A DNA stretch of 41,329 nucleotides. It comes from Calditrichia bacterium (GTDB taxonomy: Bacteria; Calditrichota; Calditrichia; RBG-13-44-9). The DNA is taken from NCBI GenBank assembly GCA_037381445.1, contig JARRQT010000008.1, positions 1 through 41,329 on the forward strand, in the 5' to 3' direction. Below the pieces are notes generated by a model. That model searched no databases, was not told the DNA's origin, and was given only the letters and a program-made list of their open reading frames with translations. Shown one piece after another: positions 16,393 through 26,249 of the stretch; the first letter of the stretch is position 1, and the number at the start of each line of letters is the position of its first letter. Made by a program: the position numbers and the translations under genes.

Positions 16393-19206
16393 ATGCTCTG
16401 GTTCAGAAAACAAGTTTTGTCGGATTTGCAGCTTCTTCTGCAGGACCCTGTTTCCCAATCTCCCTATGTGATCACCCTGCAGGGAGAGGAGGGAATGGGC
16501 AAAAGCGATCTGATCACCCATCTGGTTCTTCATCTTCCCTTCAACAACCTTCTCATTAAACAGTATGATCTGAATTATGAATTCTTCTCCGCGGCGGACC
16601 TGGCGCATCAGAAGCTGCTGGATTTGAAAAAATCCGGGGATGCTGTTTTCCGGTCATTTCTGGAAAATTTCTCGCCCCGTCTGCAGGAATATATCCTGAA
16701 CAACATTTCTGCGGATGTTCAGGTATCCAGCGTGCAGCAGAACTGGCTGCAGGACCTTTTTCTCCAGTTTCTGACCTTCATGGCGCAAGAAAAAAGCCTG
16801 CTTCTGATTTTTGAGAATATCCATCAAACGGACCGCATACGGTTCGAAGAGCTGGAAAGCTTTATCCGGCGAATTTCACATCTCCCGGTGCGGGTCTTGT
16901 TTACCGCCGATCCCGAAGGTCCGTTTGATCATGACTATTACAGCAATAAAACCATCATGCTGGATAAACTTTCCGTGCAGGAAGCCGAGCACAGCATACA
17001 GGAATACTTCGATACCTCACCCATTAATGCCCGTTTGCTGAGTAATCACTGCTACCTGAAAACCGGCGGAAACCCCCTCAAAATACGCTTCCTCCTGGAA
17101 TCCCTCTATCGTCCCCTGATGAATGAAAAATCCGGAGAGTTCATTAATGTCAGAGCCCTGCAGAACATCCGGATTTCGGGACAATGGGAAGAAATTTACC
17201 GGAGTGTATTTGCATCATTGACTGAAGATTCGCAGCATCTACTTGCTTTATTTGCCCATCTCGGAGTGCCTGTTTTGAAGGCGGATCTGCTGGAAATTTT
17301 GCGCGCCTTAAACCAGAAATCCACGATAATCGATTGCTGGGTAAATGGAGGCTTTATCCGGGAGGTTATCATTGCCGATGAAATTTACTATATGCTGCCC
17401 GGCTCTGCCTGGAAAAAGTGGATTCAGGCCGTTCTTCCGGTGGATGCAATCAAAGACAGCTATGAAATATTGTCTGAACTCTCCGGTTCCGGAAGACTTA
17501 AGCGCGTCTATCCACTATCCGATTTGCTCTATGAGGCAAACGAGCTCGACGCTTCCCTGAAGCTCGCCTGGCAGGAAGCATGCGCGCTGCAGGAGCAGGG
17601 CAAGCTGAATGAGGCTTCGGACCGCCTGTATTTTATCGTGCGGATCGCGCGTATTGACCCCGCCCGCTTTCCGGACATCCTCAATGTCCTGGAAAAGCTG
17701 GGCGATATTTATCTTAAAATGGGAGCCTACGAAAACGCCTTCGAGATTTTGAGGTATCTCAGGGAAATCATAACTAACCGGGCGCAGGAAAAAGAAACGG
17801 CAAATCCGCAGGAATGGCTGGACGTCAATATCAAAATGACCCGCGCACTCATTGCCATGGACGCATTCCAGGAAGCGCGCTATTTGATCCGCGAGATGCA
17901 GGTCAAGCAGTTTTGCGACCCGGAATCCACGGGCGCCTGTCATGAGCTTCAGGGAGATATTGAAACAAGCCTTGCCCACCAAAACTATGCGGTTCAGGAA
18001 TACCATAAAGCCATAGAAAAATACCGGCAGGTAAAATCCGGGATCAGGATTTATTCTGTCTATAAAAAATTGAAATTAATTCTTAAAAACCAGCCAGTCG
18101 AATATCAGGCGCTGATTGCCGAGATATTGGAATTCATGCATGCATCCGGAAACGTGAAAGCGTTTGAGGCTGCGTTATTGCGGGATGAAATACAGCACCT
18201 GCTGGCCGGGAAGGAATATATCGCAGCTTTGAAAAGCTGTATCAGACTTCGCCGCCTGCTCAGGGAAATTTACCAGCCGCATCTTTTTATTCAAATGACC
18301 TTCTACTTCGGTGAAATTTATGCACGGCTGGGCAAATGGAAACTGGCAATCAGCCATTTCGAGAAAATTGTGGACAGCTTTTTAATCCGGCACAAATCCC
18401 TGCTGCATGTCCAGGTATACATTCAACTGGGACTGATGTACAAAGAGCAGGCCAGATATGGGGAAGCCCGCCGGATTTTGGAGCAGGGGATGGAGCTGTG
18501 TTTCCGCCATAATTATTTTTCCGAACAGAACGAAATCAAATTGCATCTGGGGCATATTTACCTGCTGGTCCACGGATTGCTGCGGGCGCAGGAATATCTG
18601 CTGGAGGCGCATAACTGGGCGAACAGCAACCAGCAGCGCGATATTCTGATTTTAGCCAAGCTCTATCTGGCATATTATGAGATTCAGCAAAACCGGCTGG
18701 ACCCCGCCCGCAACTGGCTGCGCGAAGCAAAAAAACTGGTGAATTTGAGCGATAATCCCCTGGATTTTTTAAACTACCTTTTTTATCTTGATTTATGGAT
18801 GCTTGAATCGGACAAGCCCGCAAAGGCCCGCATTGTTGCAGACCTGGTGCTGAAAAAAGCCGGAGATATACCCCGCTATCAGGCGGCGGCGTACTATCTT
18901 CTGACTTCCGTTCATGCTGCCCGGGGCAATTACGGTGAAGCGGAAAAATCCCTGCAGAGGGGACTAAAAATTTCGCACAAATGGCATTTGCCGCAGGTCC
19001 GGTATCTCCTTTATTGCCGGGGCGCAAGGCTGGCGTATGGGCGGCAGGATGACGGGAAGTTTTTAAAAGAGCTGAAGGACGCCTGTCGATTCATATATGA
19101 AATTGCTGACAGGATTCTGGATGAAATTTTGCGCACCCAGTTTCTGGAGGCCAAATATCATGAAGATATCTTAAATTGGTGCATGGAGCGAGATATTCGG
19201 TCTTAA
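16393..19206 (+). CDS. STAND-class (AAA_16-like) P-loop NTPase with C-terminal TPR-like helical repeats and no effector domain
   Basis: Walker A GEEGMGKS, Walker B-like LLIFENIH, GGNPL (GxP) motif; TPR-like LGDIYLKMGAYENA, FGEIYARLGKWKLA, LGLMYKEQARYGEA. Confidence 0.8.
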   Translation: MLWFRKQVLSDLQLLLQDPVSQSPYVITLQGEEGMGKSDLITHLVLHLPFNNLLIKQYDLNYEFFSAADLAHQKLLDLKKSGDAVFRSFLENFSPRLQEYILNNISADVQVSSVQQNWLQDLFLQFLTFMAQEKSLLLIFENIHQTDRIRFEELESFIRRISHLPVRVLFTADPEGPFDHDYYSNKTIMLDKLSVQEAEHSIQEYFDTSPINARLLSNHCYLKTGGNPLKIRFLLESLYRPLMNEKSGEFINVRALQNIRISGQWEEIYRSVFASLTEDSQHLLALFAHLGVPVLKADLLEILRALNQKSTIIDCWVNGGFIREVIIADEIYYMLPGSAWKKWIQAVLPVDAIKDSYEILSELSGSGRLKRVYPLSDLLYEANELDASLKLAWQEACALQEQGKLNEASDRLYFIVRIARIDPARFPDILNVLEKLGDIYLKMGAYENAFEILRYLREIITNRAQEKETANPQEWLDVNIKMTRALIAMDAFQEARYLIREMQVKQFCDPESTGACHELQGDIETSLAHQNYAVQEYHKAIEKYRQVKSGIRIYSVYKKLKLILKNQPVEYQALIAEILEFMHASGNVKAFEAALLRDEIQHLLAGKEYIAALKSCIRLRRLLREIYQPHLFIQMTFYFGEIYARLGKWKLAISHFEKIVDSFLIRHKSLLHVQVYIQLGLMYKEQARYGEARRILEQGMELCFRHNYFSEQNEIKLHLGHIYLLVHGLLRAQEYLLEAHNWANSNQQRDILILAKLYLAYYEIQQNRLDPARNWLREAKKLVNLSDNPLDFLNYLFYLDLWMLESDKPAKARIVADLVLKKAGDIPRYQAAAYYLLTSVHAARGNYGEAEKSLQRGLKISHKWHLPQVRYLLYCRGARLAYGRQDDGKFLKELKDACRFIYEIADRILDEILRTQFLEAKYHEDILNWCMERDIRS

Positions 19207-19222
19207 ATTGAAGGAATGTATC

Positions 19223-20014
19223 ATGTTAAAAGATGACAAAAATCTTCATGCGAGCATTTTTTATGAAGGCATCCCGGTTGTTTTCCTGCATGCCTTTCCG
19301 GTGAACCACAAGATGTGGCAGCCGCAGATGGATTATCTGCGCAGCCGCGGAGTCGGCTATATCGCTCCGGATTATCCCGGCTTCGGGATGAGCCCGCTGG
19401 TGGAAGAAGAAATGGGAATTTCAGGCTACGGGAACTATATTTATGCCCTCCTCCAGGAGATGGGCATTCGCAGGGCAATATTTGCGGGATTGAGCATGGG
19501 GGGATATGTCGCATTGTCTCTTTTTCGGAATTACCCTCTTCTGTTCGGCGGACTAATACTTGCCAACACGCGTGCCGCTGACGATAATCCGGAGGCCCGG
19601 CAGAATCGTTTGGATACCGTAGAAAGAATTCGCCGGACACTGAATGTATCACCGCTCATCGATAATCTTCTTGAAAAATTCTTTACCCAAACCACCCGGT
19701 CTCATTCTCCTGAAACAATGGAGACAGCAGAAAGCCTGATGAGGGAAGCCACAGTGGCGGGCGTTATTCAGGCGCAGCGTGCCATGGCTTCACGTCCCGA
19801 TTCGACGGCCCTTCTGAAAGAGATGCATTTTCCGGTGACGGTCATCTCCGGGGAGGACGATCCTCTGATTCCCATGGAAGAAATGCAGGCCATGGCAGCG
19901 GAAATACCGGCGGCTTCCTTCCATGTGATCCGGAAAGCGGCCCATCTCAGCAATCTGGAGCGGCCGGATGAGTTTAATGATATTATGTGGCAGCTAATTC
20001 AAAAATCCAGATAA
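19223..20014 (+). CDS. alpha/beta hydrolase (PcaD/enol-lactonase-like)
   Basis: LHAFP, GLSMGG nucleophile elbow, GEDD (acid), AAHLSNLE (His). Confidence 0.92.
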   Translation: MLKDDKNLHASIFYEGIPVVFLHAFPVNHKMWQPQMDYLRSRGVGYIAPDYPGFGMSPLVEEEMGISGYGNYIYALLQEMGIRRAIFAGLSMGGYVALSLFRNYPLLFGGLILANTRAADDNPEARQNRLDTVERIRRTLNVSPLIDNLLEKFFTQTTRSHSPETMETAESLMREATVAGVIQAQRAMASRPDSTALLKEMHFPVTVISGEDDPLIPMEEMQAMAAEIPAASFHVIRKAAHLSNLERPDEFNDIMWQLIQKSR

Positions 20015-20055
20015 ACTGAAATATATTGGTTCATTTTTCTTGAATGGGAGTCATG

Positions 20056-21276
20056 ATGAAATCTGCTATGATCGGAAGTCTTGTTTTAATTGTTTTCTCT
20101 TTTTCATTAATTTCCTGCCAGCATGGGAAATCAGGTGAAAATGAAGAAGCATTGATGAAAAAGGCCAGGGAGCTCTCCCAAAAAATTCTGGTGATGGATT
20201 CGCATATCGATATGCCTTACCGCCTCATGCACCATAACGAGGATTTATCGGTCCGCACCCGGGATGGTCACTTTGATTATCCGCGCGCCCGGGAAGGGGG
20301 ACTGGATGCCGCATTTATGGCTGTCTTTACGCCCGTTTCCTACCAGGAGACCGGCGGCGCCAAAGCCTTTGCTGACAGCGTTATCGATAAAATGTATGAA
20401 CTCGCCGGAAAATATCCGCAGAAATTTTCCATTGTCAGGACGCCTGAGGAATTGCGTGCCAATTTCAAAACCGGCAGAATATCGATGGCGCTGGGAATGG
20501 AAAACGGCGCCCCCATTGAAAATGACCTGGCAAATATCGGGCATTTTTATGACCGGGGTATCCGTTATGTCACCCTCTGCCACGCCACCGATAATCAAAT
20601 CTGCGATGCTTCCTTTGATGAGCAGCGCAAATGGCACGGCCTGAGCCCATTCGGCAAAAAGGTGGTGGCCGAAATGAACCGCCTCGGCATGCTGATCGAC
20701 GTTTCCCATATTTCCGATGAATCGTTTTACCAGGTGATGGAACTGAGCCAGGCGCCGGTTGTTGCCACTCATTCCGGATGCCGCTATTTCACGCCCGGCT
20801 TTGAGCGAAACATGGATGATGATATGATAAAACTGCTGGCCAAAAAGGGAGGCGTCATTCAGATAACATTCGGATCATTTTTTCTCAAAAACGAATACCG
20901 GTTCCGCTCGGAGGCGGTGCGCGATCACATCAGAAATTACCTTAAAGAGAAAAATCTTGCCTACGATGATTCCGAAGCGGTGGCTTACCGGAAGGAATAT
21001 ATGGCGAAAAACAGCGATAATCCCGGTACAGTCGCTGAACTGGTGGATCACATCGAACATGTCATTCAATTGGTCGGAATCGATCATGTGGGACTGGGAT
21101 CGGATTTCGACGGAGTTGGCCAGCTTCCCATTGGAATCGAGGATGTTTCAAAATATCCGAATATCATATTCGAACTGCTGAAAAGGGGATATTCCGAAAA
21201 AGACATCCGCAAAATCTGCGGTGAAAATTTCCTGAGAGTATGGGACAGTGTGCAAAAACAGGCCCGGGCTGTCTGA
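20056..21276 (+). CDS. membrane dipeptidase (peptidase M19), lipoprotein
   Basis: Lipobox-like LISC; DSHID, GMENG, EMNRLGMLIDVSH, ATHS, GSDFDG. Confidence 0.93.
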   Translation: MKSAMIGSLVLIVFSFSLISCQHGKSGENEEALMKKARELSQKILVMDSHIDMPYRLMHHNEDLSVRTRDGHFDYPRAREGGLDAAFMAVFTPVSYQETGGAKAFADSVIDKMYELAGKYPQKFSIVRTPEELRANFKTGRISMALGMENGAPIENDLANIGHFYDRGIRYVTLCHATDNQICDASFDEQRKWHGLSPFGKKVVAEMNRLGMLIDVSHISDESFYQVMELSQAPVVATHSGCRYFTPGFERNMDDDMIKLLAKKGGVIQITFGSFFLKNEYRFRSEAVRDHIRNYLKEKNLAYDDSEAVAYRKEYMAKNSDNPGTVAELVDHIEHVIQLVGIDHVGLGSDFDGVGQLPIGIEDVSKYPNIIFELLKRGYSEKDIRKICGENFLRVWDSVQKQARAV

Positions 21277-21324
21277 AACAGGAGCTGTTTTCGCACTTCA
21301 ACACAGCGCCATTTTCCTTTTTGT

Positions 21325-21882
21325 ATGATGGGAAATAAAACGTATCAATCGGCAGTGGTCGTCATTCCGCCGCGGGAGGTCTGGCCACCGATCCAGCAAA
21401 TCCGGCAAAATCACGACCGGCACTTCCGGCGATGGATGCCGCATATCACCCTGCTGTATCCCTTTCGTCCGGCCGCAGCATTTGAATCCGCCGGCAGGCA
21501 CATTTCCGCAGTCTGCAGCGAAATCCGCTCCTTTGAAATCAAGCTGAACAAGTTCGGTTATTTCCGCCACCGGAAAAAGAATCTAACCATCTTTCTGGAA
21601 CCCGAACCTCCGGATCCGCTGATCGATTTGCAGGGCAGACTGCTTGGGGCCTTCCCGGACTGCAATGACGTCAATCTGAAGGGGCAGGGGTTTGTCCCTC
21701 ACCTCAGCGTTGGGCAGAGCGGAGAAAGGTTGGATTCCAATGGATTGCTCGCCTCACTCGGGGAGAATTGGGAACCAATCTTTTTCCCGGTCAACGGAAT
21801 TTACCTGATCCGGCGGAATGATCCCCCCGATGATGTCTTCAGGGTGGAAAAATTTTTCCCGTTCGGTCAAAATAAACGGTGA
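21325..21882 (+). CDS. 2H phosphoesterase (2'-5' RNA ligase family)
   Basis: Two HxT/S motifs: WMPHITLLYPF and FVPHLSVGQ. Confidence 0.88.
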   Translation: MMGNKTYQSAVVVIPPREVWPPIQQIRQNHDRHFRRWMPHITLLYPFRPAAAFESAGRHISAVCSEIRSFEIKLNKFGYFRHRKKNLTIFLEPEPPDPLIDLQGRLLGAFPDCNDVNLKGQGFVPHLSVGQSGERLDSNGLLASLGENWEPIFFPVNGIYLIRRNDPPDDVFRVEKFFPFGQNKR

Positions 21883-22039
21883 AATCTGCGAGCCGGGTCT
21901 GTTCTCTTTAATAGTGCGGAAAAACCGCCATTGGAAAATACTGCTGCCGGGAAAAATCCGGTCAATCTCTTCTCCTGGTGAATTCATTCAAATTATTTCA
22001 ATTCTCGCACAAATTTCCTATATTTTGCTGGTTCATTAA

Positions 22040-23239
22040 ATGAAGCCAAATCAGGGGATATTTGGCGGCAATGAATTTGGAAATTCAATCAACTTTGAAT
22101 TGAAGGCCTTGAATATATTGGAAGAGAAATCCGCACTAAATTCGAACCGTTCAGGGAAAAGCAGGGCTCCGCTTGGCGTTCTCTTTATGAATTCTTCGGC
22201 CGTTTACGGCGGCACTGAAAAATGGGCGGTTACCGCGGCGCGTCTGCTGAAAGCGCGGGGACACCGCGTCTATTTCGCATACCGCTATCCCGTGATGAGG
22301 GAATATGCGGAAAATGAGGGACTGGAAACTATCCGTTTCCCCTTGCAAAACGATGCGGATATTTATTCCATCATCAAATTGATGAAAACATTCTCCCGAC
22401 TTGATCTGCAGGCAGTCGTTTCCACAAAGGTGAAGGAATACTGGCTGGGAACGGTCGCGGCAAAATTATCGGGCAGAAAAAGCATTCTCCGCCTGGGAAT
22501 TAACCGCTCCGTCAAAAACAAATGGAAAAACCGGAAAATCTATGGCGCCTGGGCGGACGGCATTGTCGTGAATGCGGAGGCGATTGCGGACACCCTGGCA
22601 TCCACTGGATTCATCCCGCGGCAGAAAATTTCCCTGATTTACAACGGCGTGGCGTGCCCGGACGCACTCCCGGAATTCCGGACCTCGCCGGATCCTTTTA
22701 TTTATATTTATGTGGGCAGCCTGATTCCGCGCAAAAATGTGGATGTGCTGATACAGAACTTTTCCGAACTCATCAGATTAACTCCCGGGAAACCGCTGAA
22801 GCTCCGGATTGCAGGCGACGGGCATGAAAGAGCGCGTTTGGAGAGACTGGTTCGGGAATTGGGTCTGGAAAATTCTGTTCAGTTTATGGGGCACCGCAAA
22901 GATGTTCCGCAGTTGCTGCAACAGGCCCACGGCTTTGTGTTGTTGTCCGAAAATGAAGGATTTCCAAATGCCGCTCTGGAGGCCATGGCCCGGGGCGTAC
23001 CGGTGATCATGAGCCGGGTTGCCGGCGCGGAGGAGATTATCGGGTCCGGGGATAACGGTCTGCTGGTGAATACTGGCGGTGAAGGCGAAGTCCTGAAAGC
23101 GATGCAAATGCTGCTTCACGATCCTGAACTGCGCCTCAGAATTCGAAACAGGGCTTTTCAAAAAGTGAAAATTGAATTAACTTACCAGGCCATGGCTGAA
23201 AAACTGGAAGATGTGCTGTACGGGATTATCAATGGGTAA
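22040..23239 (+). CDS. GT4 glycosyltransferase (start uncertain, possibly downstream)
   Basis: YGGTEKW, IYNGV, VGSLIPRKN, AGDG, EGFPNAALEAMARG. Confidence 0.92.
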   Translation: MKPNQGIFGGNEFGNSINFELKALNILEEKSALNSNRSGKSRAPLGVLFMNSSAVYGGTEKWAVTAARLLKARGHRVYFAYRYPVMREYAENEGLETIRFPLQNDADIYSIIKLMKTFSRLDLQAVVSTKVKEYWLGTVAAKLSGRKSILRLGINRSVKNKWKNRKIYGAWADGIVVNAEAIADTLASTGFIPRQKISLIYNGVACPDALPEFRTSPDPFIYIYVGSLIPRKNVDVLIQNFSELIRLTPGKPLKLRIAGDGHERARLERLVRELGLENSVQFMGHRKDVPQLLQQAHGFVLLSENEGFPNAALEAMARGVPVIMSRVAGAEEIIGSGDNGLLVNTGGEGEVLKAMQMLLHDPELRLRIRNRAFQKVKIELTYQAMAEKLEDVLYGIING

Positions 23240-25127
23240 AAAGCAAAAAGAAAAGAATCTGCGGCTGTATCTCCGGATCATGTCCTACCTGCGGCCGTAC
23301 GCGGCGCTGCTGGGGCTGATCCTGCTGCTGAATTTCATGTATATTGCATTCAACGCCCTCTCCATCTGGATGGTGGCGCCTTTCATCAGCACCCTGTTCG
23401 AATCGAATAAGCCGGCCATTGAACAGCCGATAACGCCGGGACAGCAGGTCCAGCCCGCGCCGCCGCAGCCGAAAAAAGATGTCAGCATTTTTAATTTGAA
23501 TGCCTGGCTGAAGGAGAAAACCCGGGAGCTGATTCCCGCTACTGAAGACCGCCTTCAGACCCTGAAATTCCTCTGCCTGATCATTTTTGTGACTTTCTTT
23601 CTGAAAAATGCCTTCAGCTTCAGCGAAGCCTACTGGGTGAGTTTCGTGGAGCAGCGGGTCATAAAAGACCTGCGGGACCAGGTCTACAGCCGCCTGTTAT
23701 GGCAGCCTTTCAGTTTTTTTCAGAAGTTTCAGACCGGTAACCTGATATCCCGCATCACCAATGATATTAATTCGCTGAACGTGGCGGTGAACCGCAGCTT
23801 CACTAAAATCATCCGCGATCCGGTGGTGATCATCATTTTTCTGGCCCTTCTGTTCAGTATCAGCTGGCGGCTGACGCTGCTGGCGCTGATCATCATTCCC
23901 ATCAGCGGGGTGCTGATTCAGCGGATCGGGCAGAGCCTGAAGCGGAAAAGCCGCCGGGTGCAGGAACGCATCGCTGATGTAACCACCGTTCTGCAGGAAA
24001 CCATTTCCGGGGTGAATGTAGTAAAGGCCTTTGCCATGGAAAATTTTGAGAGCGAGAAATTTCGTAGCAAAACGCACGATCATTTCAGGGCAGTTCTGCG
24101 GCAGGTCCGGCTCAACCGCCTCTCGTCGCCGCTCTCTGAGACCCTTGGAGTGGGAATTATGGTCAGCGTGCTCTGGTTTGGCGGCAAACTGGTGTTGTCC
24201 GGGCAGCTTCTGACTTCGGAAGATTTCATCCGGTTTATCATCATCCTTTTTTCGGTGATGGAGCCCATCAAGAGTCTTGGGGAACTCAATAACAATATTC
24301 AGATGGCCCTGGCGTCCGGCAAGCGGGTCTTCGAGATTCTCGATGAGCCCGTTACCATTACCGATAAGCCGAACGCCATGGAGAAAAAGCGGTTTGATGA
24401 CAGGATTGTCTATGAGAACGTTTCCTTCAGATATGACAACAACGTGGAAATGGTCCTCAAGAATGTGAGCTTTCAGCTGGACAAAAACCGGAAAATCGCC
24501 TTTGTGGGCAGAAGCGGGGCAGGGAAAAGCACTCTGGTGAATCTGCTTCCCCGCTTTTATGATATTACCGGCGGATCGATTAAAATTGACGGGACAGATA
24601 TCCGCGACCTGAAATTGGCAGACCTGCGGGGTCTGATGGGAATCGTGACCCAGGAAGTGATCCTGTTCAATGATACGGTTGCCAATAACATTGCCTACGG
24701 GATGCCGGATTATTCCATGGCGGAAATTGAACGCGCCGCCAGAATGGCGTACGCCTACGATTTTATTACCCAGATGCCGGAAGGCTTTCAGACTATCATC
24801 GGTGAACGGGGGACGCGTCTTTCCGGCGGTCAGCGGCAGCGGATTTCCATTGCCCGCGCCATACTGAAGAATCCACCTATCCTGATTTTTGACGAAGCCA
24901 CCTCATCATTGGATTCCGAAGCAGAGCACCTGATTCAGCAGGCCATGGAGATGCTGATGAAGGACAGAACAGTGCTGATCATTGCCCACCGGCTTTCCTC
25001 CGTGATCAGCTCGGATGTTATCATTCTGCTGGAAGAAGGCGAAATAAATGACATGGGTAAGCATGAAGAGCTGCTGGAGCGCTCCGAGCGCTACCGGCAT
25101 CTTTACGAACTGCAATTTGCGATTTGA
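23232..25127 (+). CDS. MsbA-like ABC exporter/flippase (TMD + NBD)
   Basis: 6-TM domain; GRSGAGKST, LSGGQRQR, ILIFDEATSSLD, IAHRLS. Confidence 0.92.
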   Translation: MGKKQKEKNLRLYLRIMSYLRPYAALLGLILLLNFMYIAFNALSIWMVAPFISTLFESNKPAIEQPITPGQQVQPAPPQPKKDVSIFNLNAWLKEKTRELIPATEDRLQTLKFLCLIIFVTFFLKNAFSFSEAYWVSFVEQRVIKDLRDQVYSRLLWQPFSFFQKFQTGNLISRITNDINSLNVAVNRSFTKIIRDPVVIIIFLALLFSISWRLTLLALIIIPISGVLIQRIGQSLKRKSRRVQERIADVTTVLQETISGVNVVKAFAMENFESEKFRSKTHDHFRAVLRQVRLNRLSSPLSETLGVGIMVSVLWFGGKLVLSGQLLTSEDFIRFIIILFSVMEPIKSLGELNNNIQMALASGKRVFEILDEPVTITDKPNAMEKKRFDDRIVYENVSFRYDNNVEMVLKNVSFQLDKNRKIAFVGRSGAGKSTLVNLLPRFYDITGGSIKIDGTDIRDLKLADLRGLMGIVTQEVILFNDTVANNIAYGMPDYSMAEIERAARMAYAYDFITQMPEGFQTIIGERGTRLSGGQRQRISIARAILKNPPILIFDEATSSLDSEAEHLIQQAMEMLMKDRTVLIIAHRLSSVISSDVIILLEEGEINDMGKHEELLERSERYRHLYELQFAI

Positions 25128-25136
25128 TTGGGTGCG

Positions 25137-26240
25137 ATGAATATTTTCTTTTTGAACAGTATCGGAACAGAGAGCTGGGGCGGCGGTGAGAAATGGATGC
25201 TGACCACCGCAAAAGGGCTTCGGGAAAGAGGACACCGCATCTTTTTCTGCGCCAGAAAAGACGGCATTTTTCTGGAAAGGTGTGCTCAAGCGGGATTTCC
25301 CAGTTTTCCGTTGAAAATCGGAGGTGATTTTGATCCGCTGATTATTCTCAAGCTCGCGGCCTTTTTCAGAAAAGAAAAAATTCAGGTGATCGTGGCCAAT
25401 TTTAATAAAGATGCCCGTTTGGCGGGACTGGCGCGGCGTCTGGCGGGGGTGCCGGTGGAAGTCGCCCGCAACGGATTGCCCATTCTGCAAAACAACTGGC
25501 GGTACCGCCTCACCTACCGCTATCTGGTGGATGGTATTGTCACCAACACGCTGGCCATCAAAAATCATTATCTTACCTACGGATGGCTGGAAGATGATTT
25601 TATCCGGGTCATTCACAACGGGATTGACGTCCGGCAAAAAACGCAATACGACCGGTTCCAGATGGCGCAGAAACATGGTGTTCCCAATAACCGGCCAGTG
25701 GTTGGAATATTTGGGCGCCTGGTGAAGCAGAAACAGCATTTTCTATTTCTGGAAACGGCGAAGAAAATCCTGCAGGCCCGGCCGGATGCCCATTTCATCG
25801 TTGTGGGAGACGGTCCGCTGCGTGAGGACATCGCGCTGCAGGCCGAAAATCTCGGGATCTCCGCTTCGGTGCAGTTTCTGGGACTGCAGCGGAATGTGTT
25901 TGAGCTTTACAGTTTGTGCGACGTTGTGCTGCTGACCTCCGAGGACGAGGGCCTTCCCAACGTGGTAATGGAAGCCATGCTGGCAGCCCGGCCGGTGGTG
26001 GCGTTTGACGTGGGCGGCGTGCGGGAACTGATTTCGGAATCCGGTCTGGGGATTGTCACTGCTCCGAATGATGCGGATATGATGGCGGAGCAAACCGTGG
26101 CTTTGCTGGAAGACCAGGCGCTAAGACGCCAATTGGGGGAAAGTGCCCGACAGAATATTCTGGAAAATTTTTCGCTGGATAAAATGATTGACGGGGTGGA
26201 AGCATTCCTGTCCGAATTATTGAACAAAAAGGGAAACTAA
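25137..26240 (+). CDS. GT4 glycosyltransferase
   Basis: WGGGEKW, IHNGID, GRLVKQK, VGDGPL, EGLPNVVMEAM. Confidence 0.93.
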   Translation: MNIFFLNSIGTESWGGGEKWMLTTAKGLRERGHRIFFCARKDGIFLERCAQAGFPSFPLKIGGDFDPLIILKLAAFFRKEKIQVIVANFNKDARLAGLARRLAGVPVEVARNGLPILQNNWRYRLTYRYLVDGIVTNTLAIKNHYLTYGWLEDDFIRVIHNGIDVRQKTQYDRFQMAQKHGVPNNRPVVGIFGRLVKQKQHFLFLETAKKILQARPDAHFIVVGDGPLREDIALQAENLGISASVQFLGLQRNVFELYSLCDVVLLTSEDEGLPNVVMEAMLAARPVVAFDVGGVRELISESGLGIVTAPNDADMMAEQTVALLEDQALRRQLGESARQNILENFSLDKMIDGVEAFLSELLNKKGN

Positions 26241-26249
26241 GCTGTCCAT

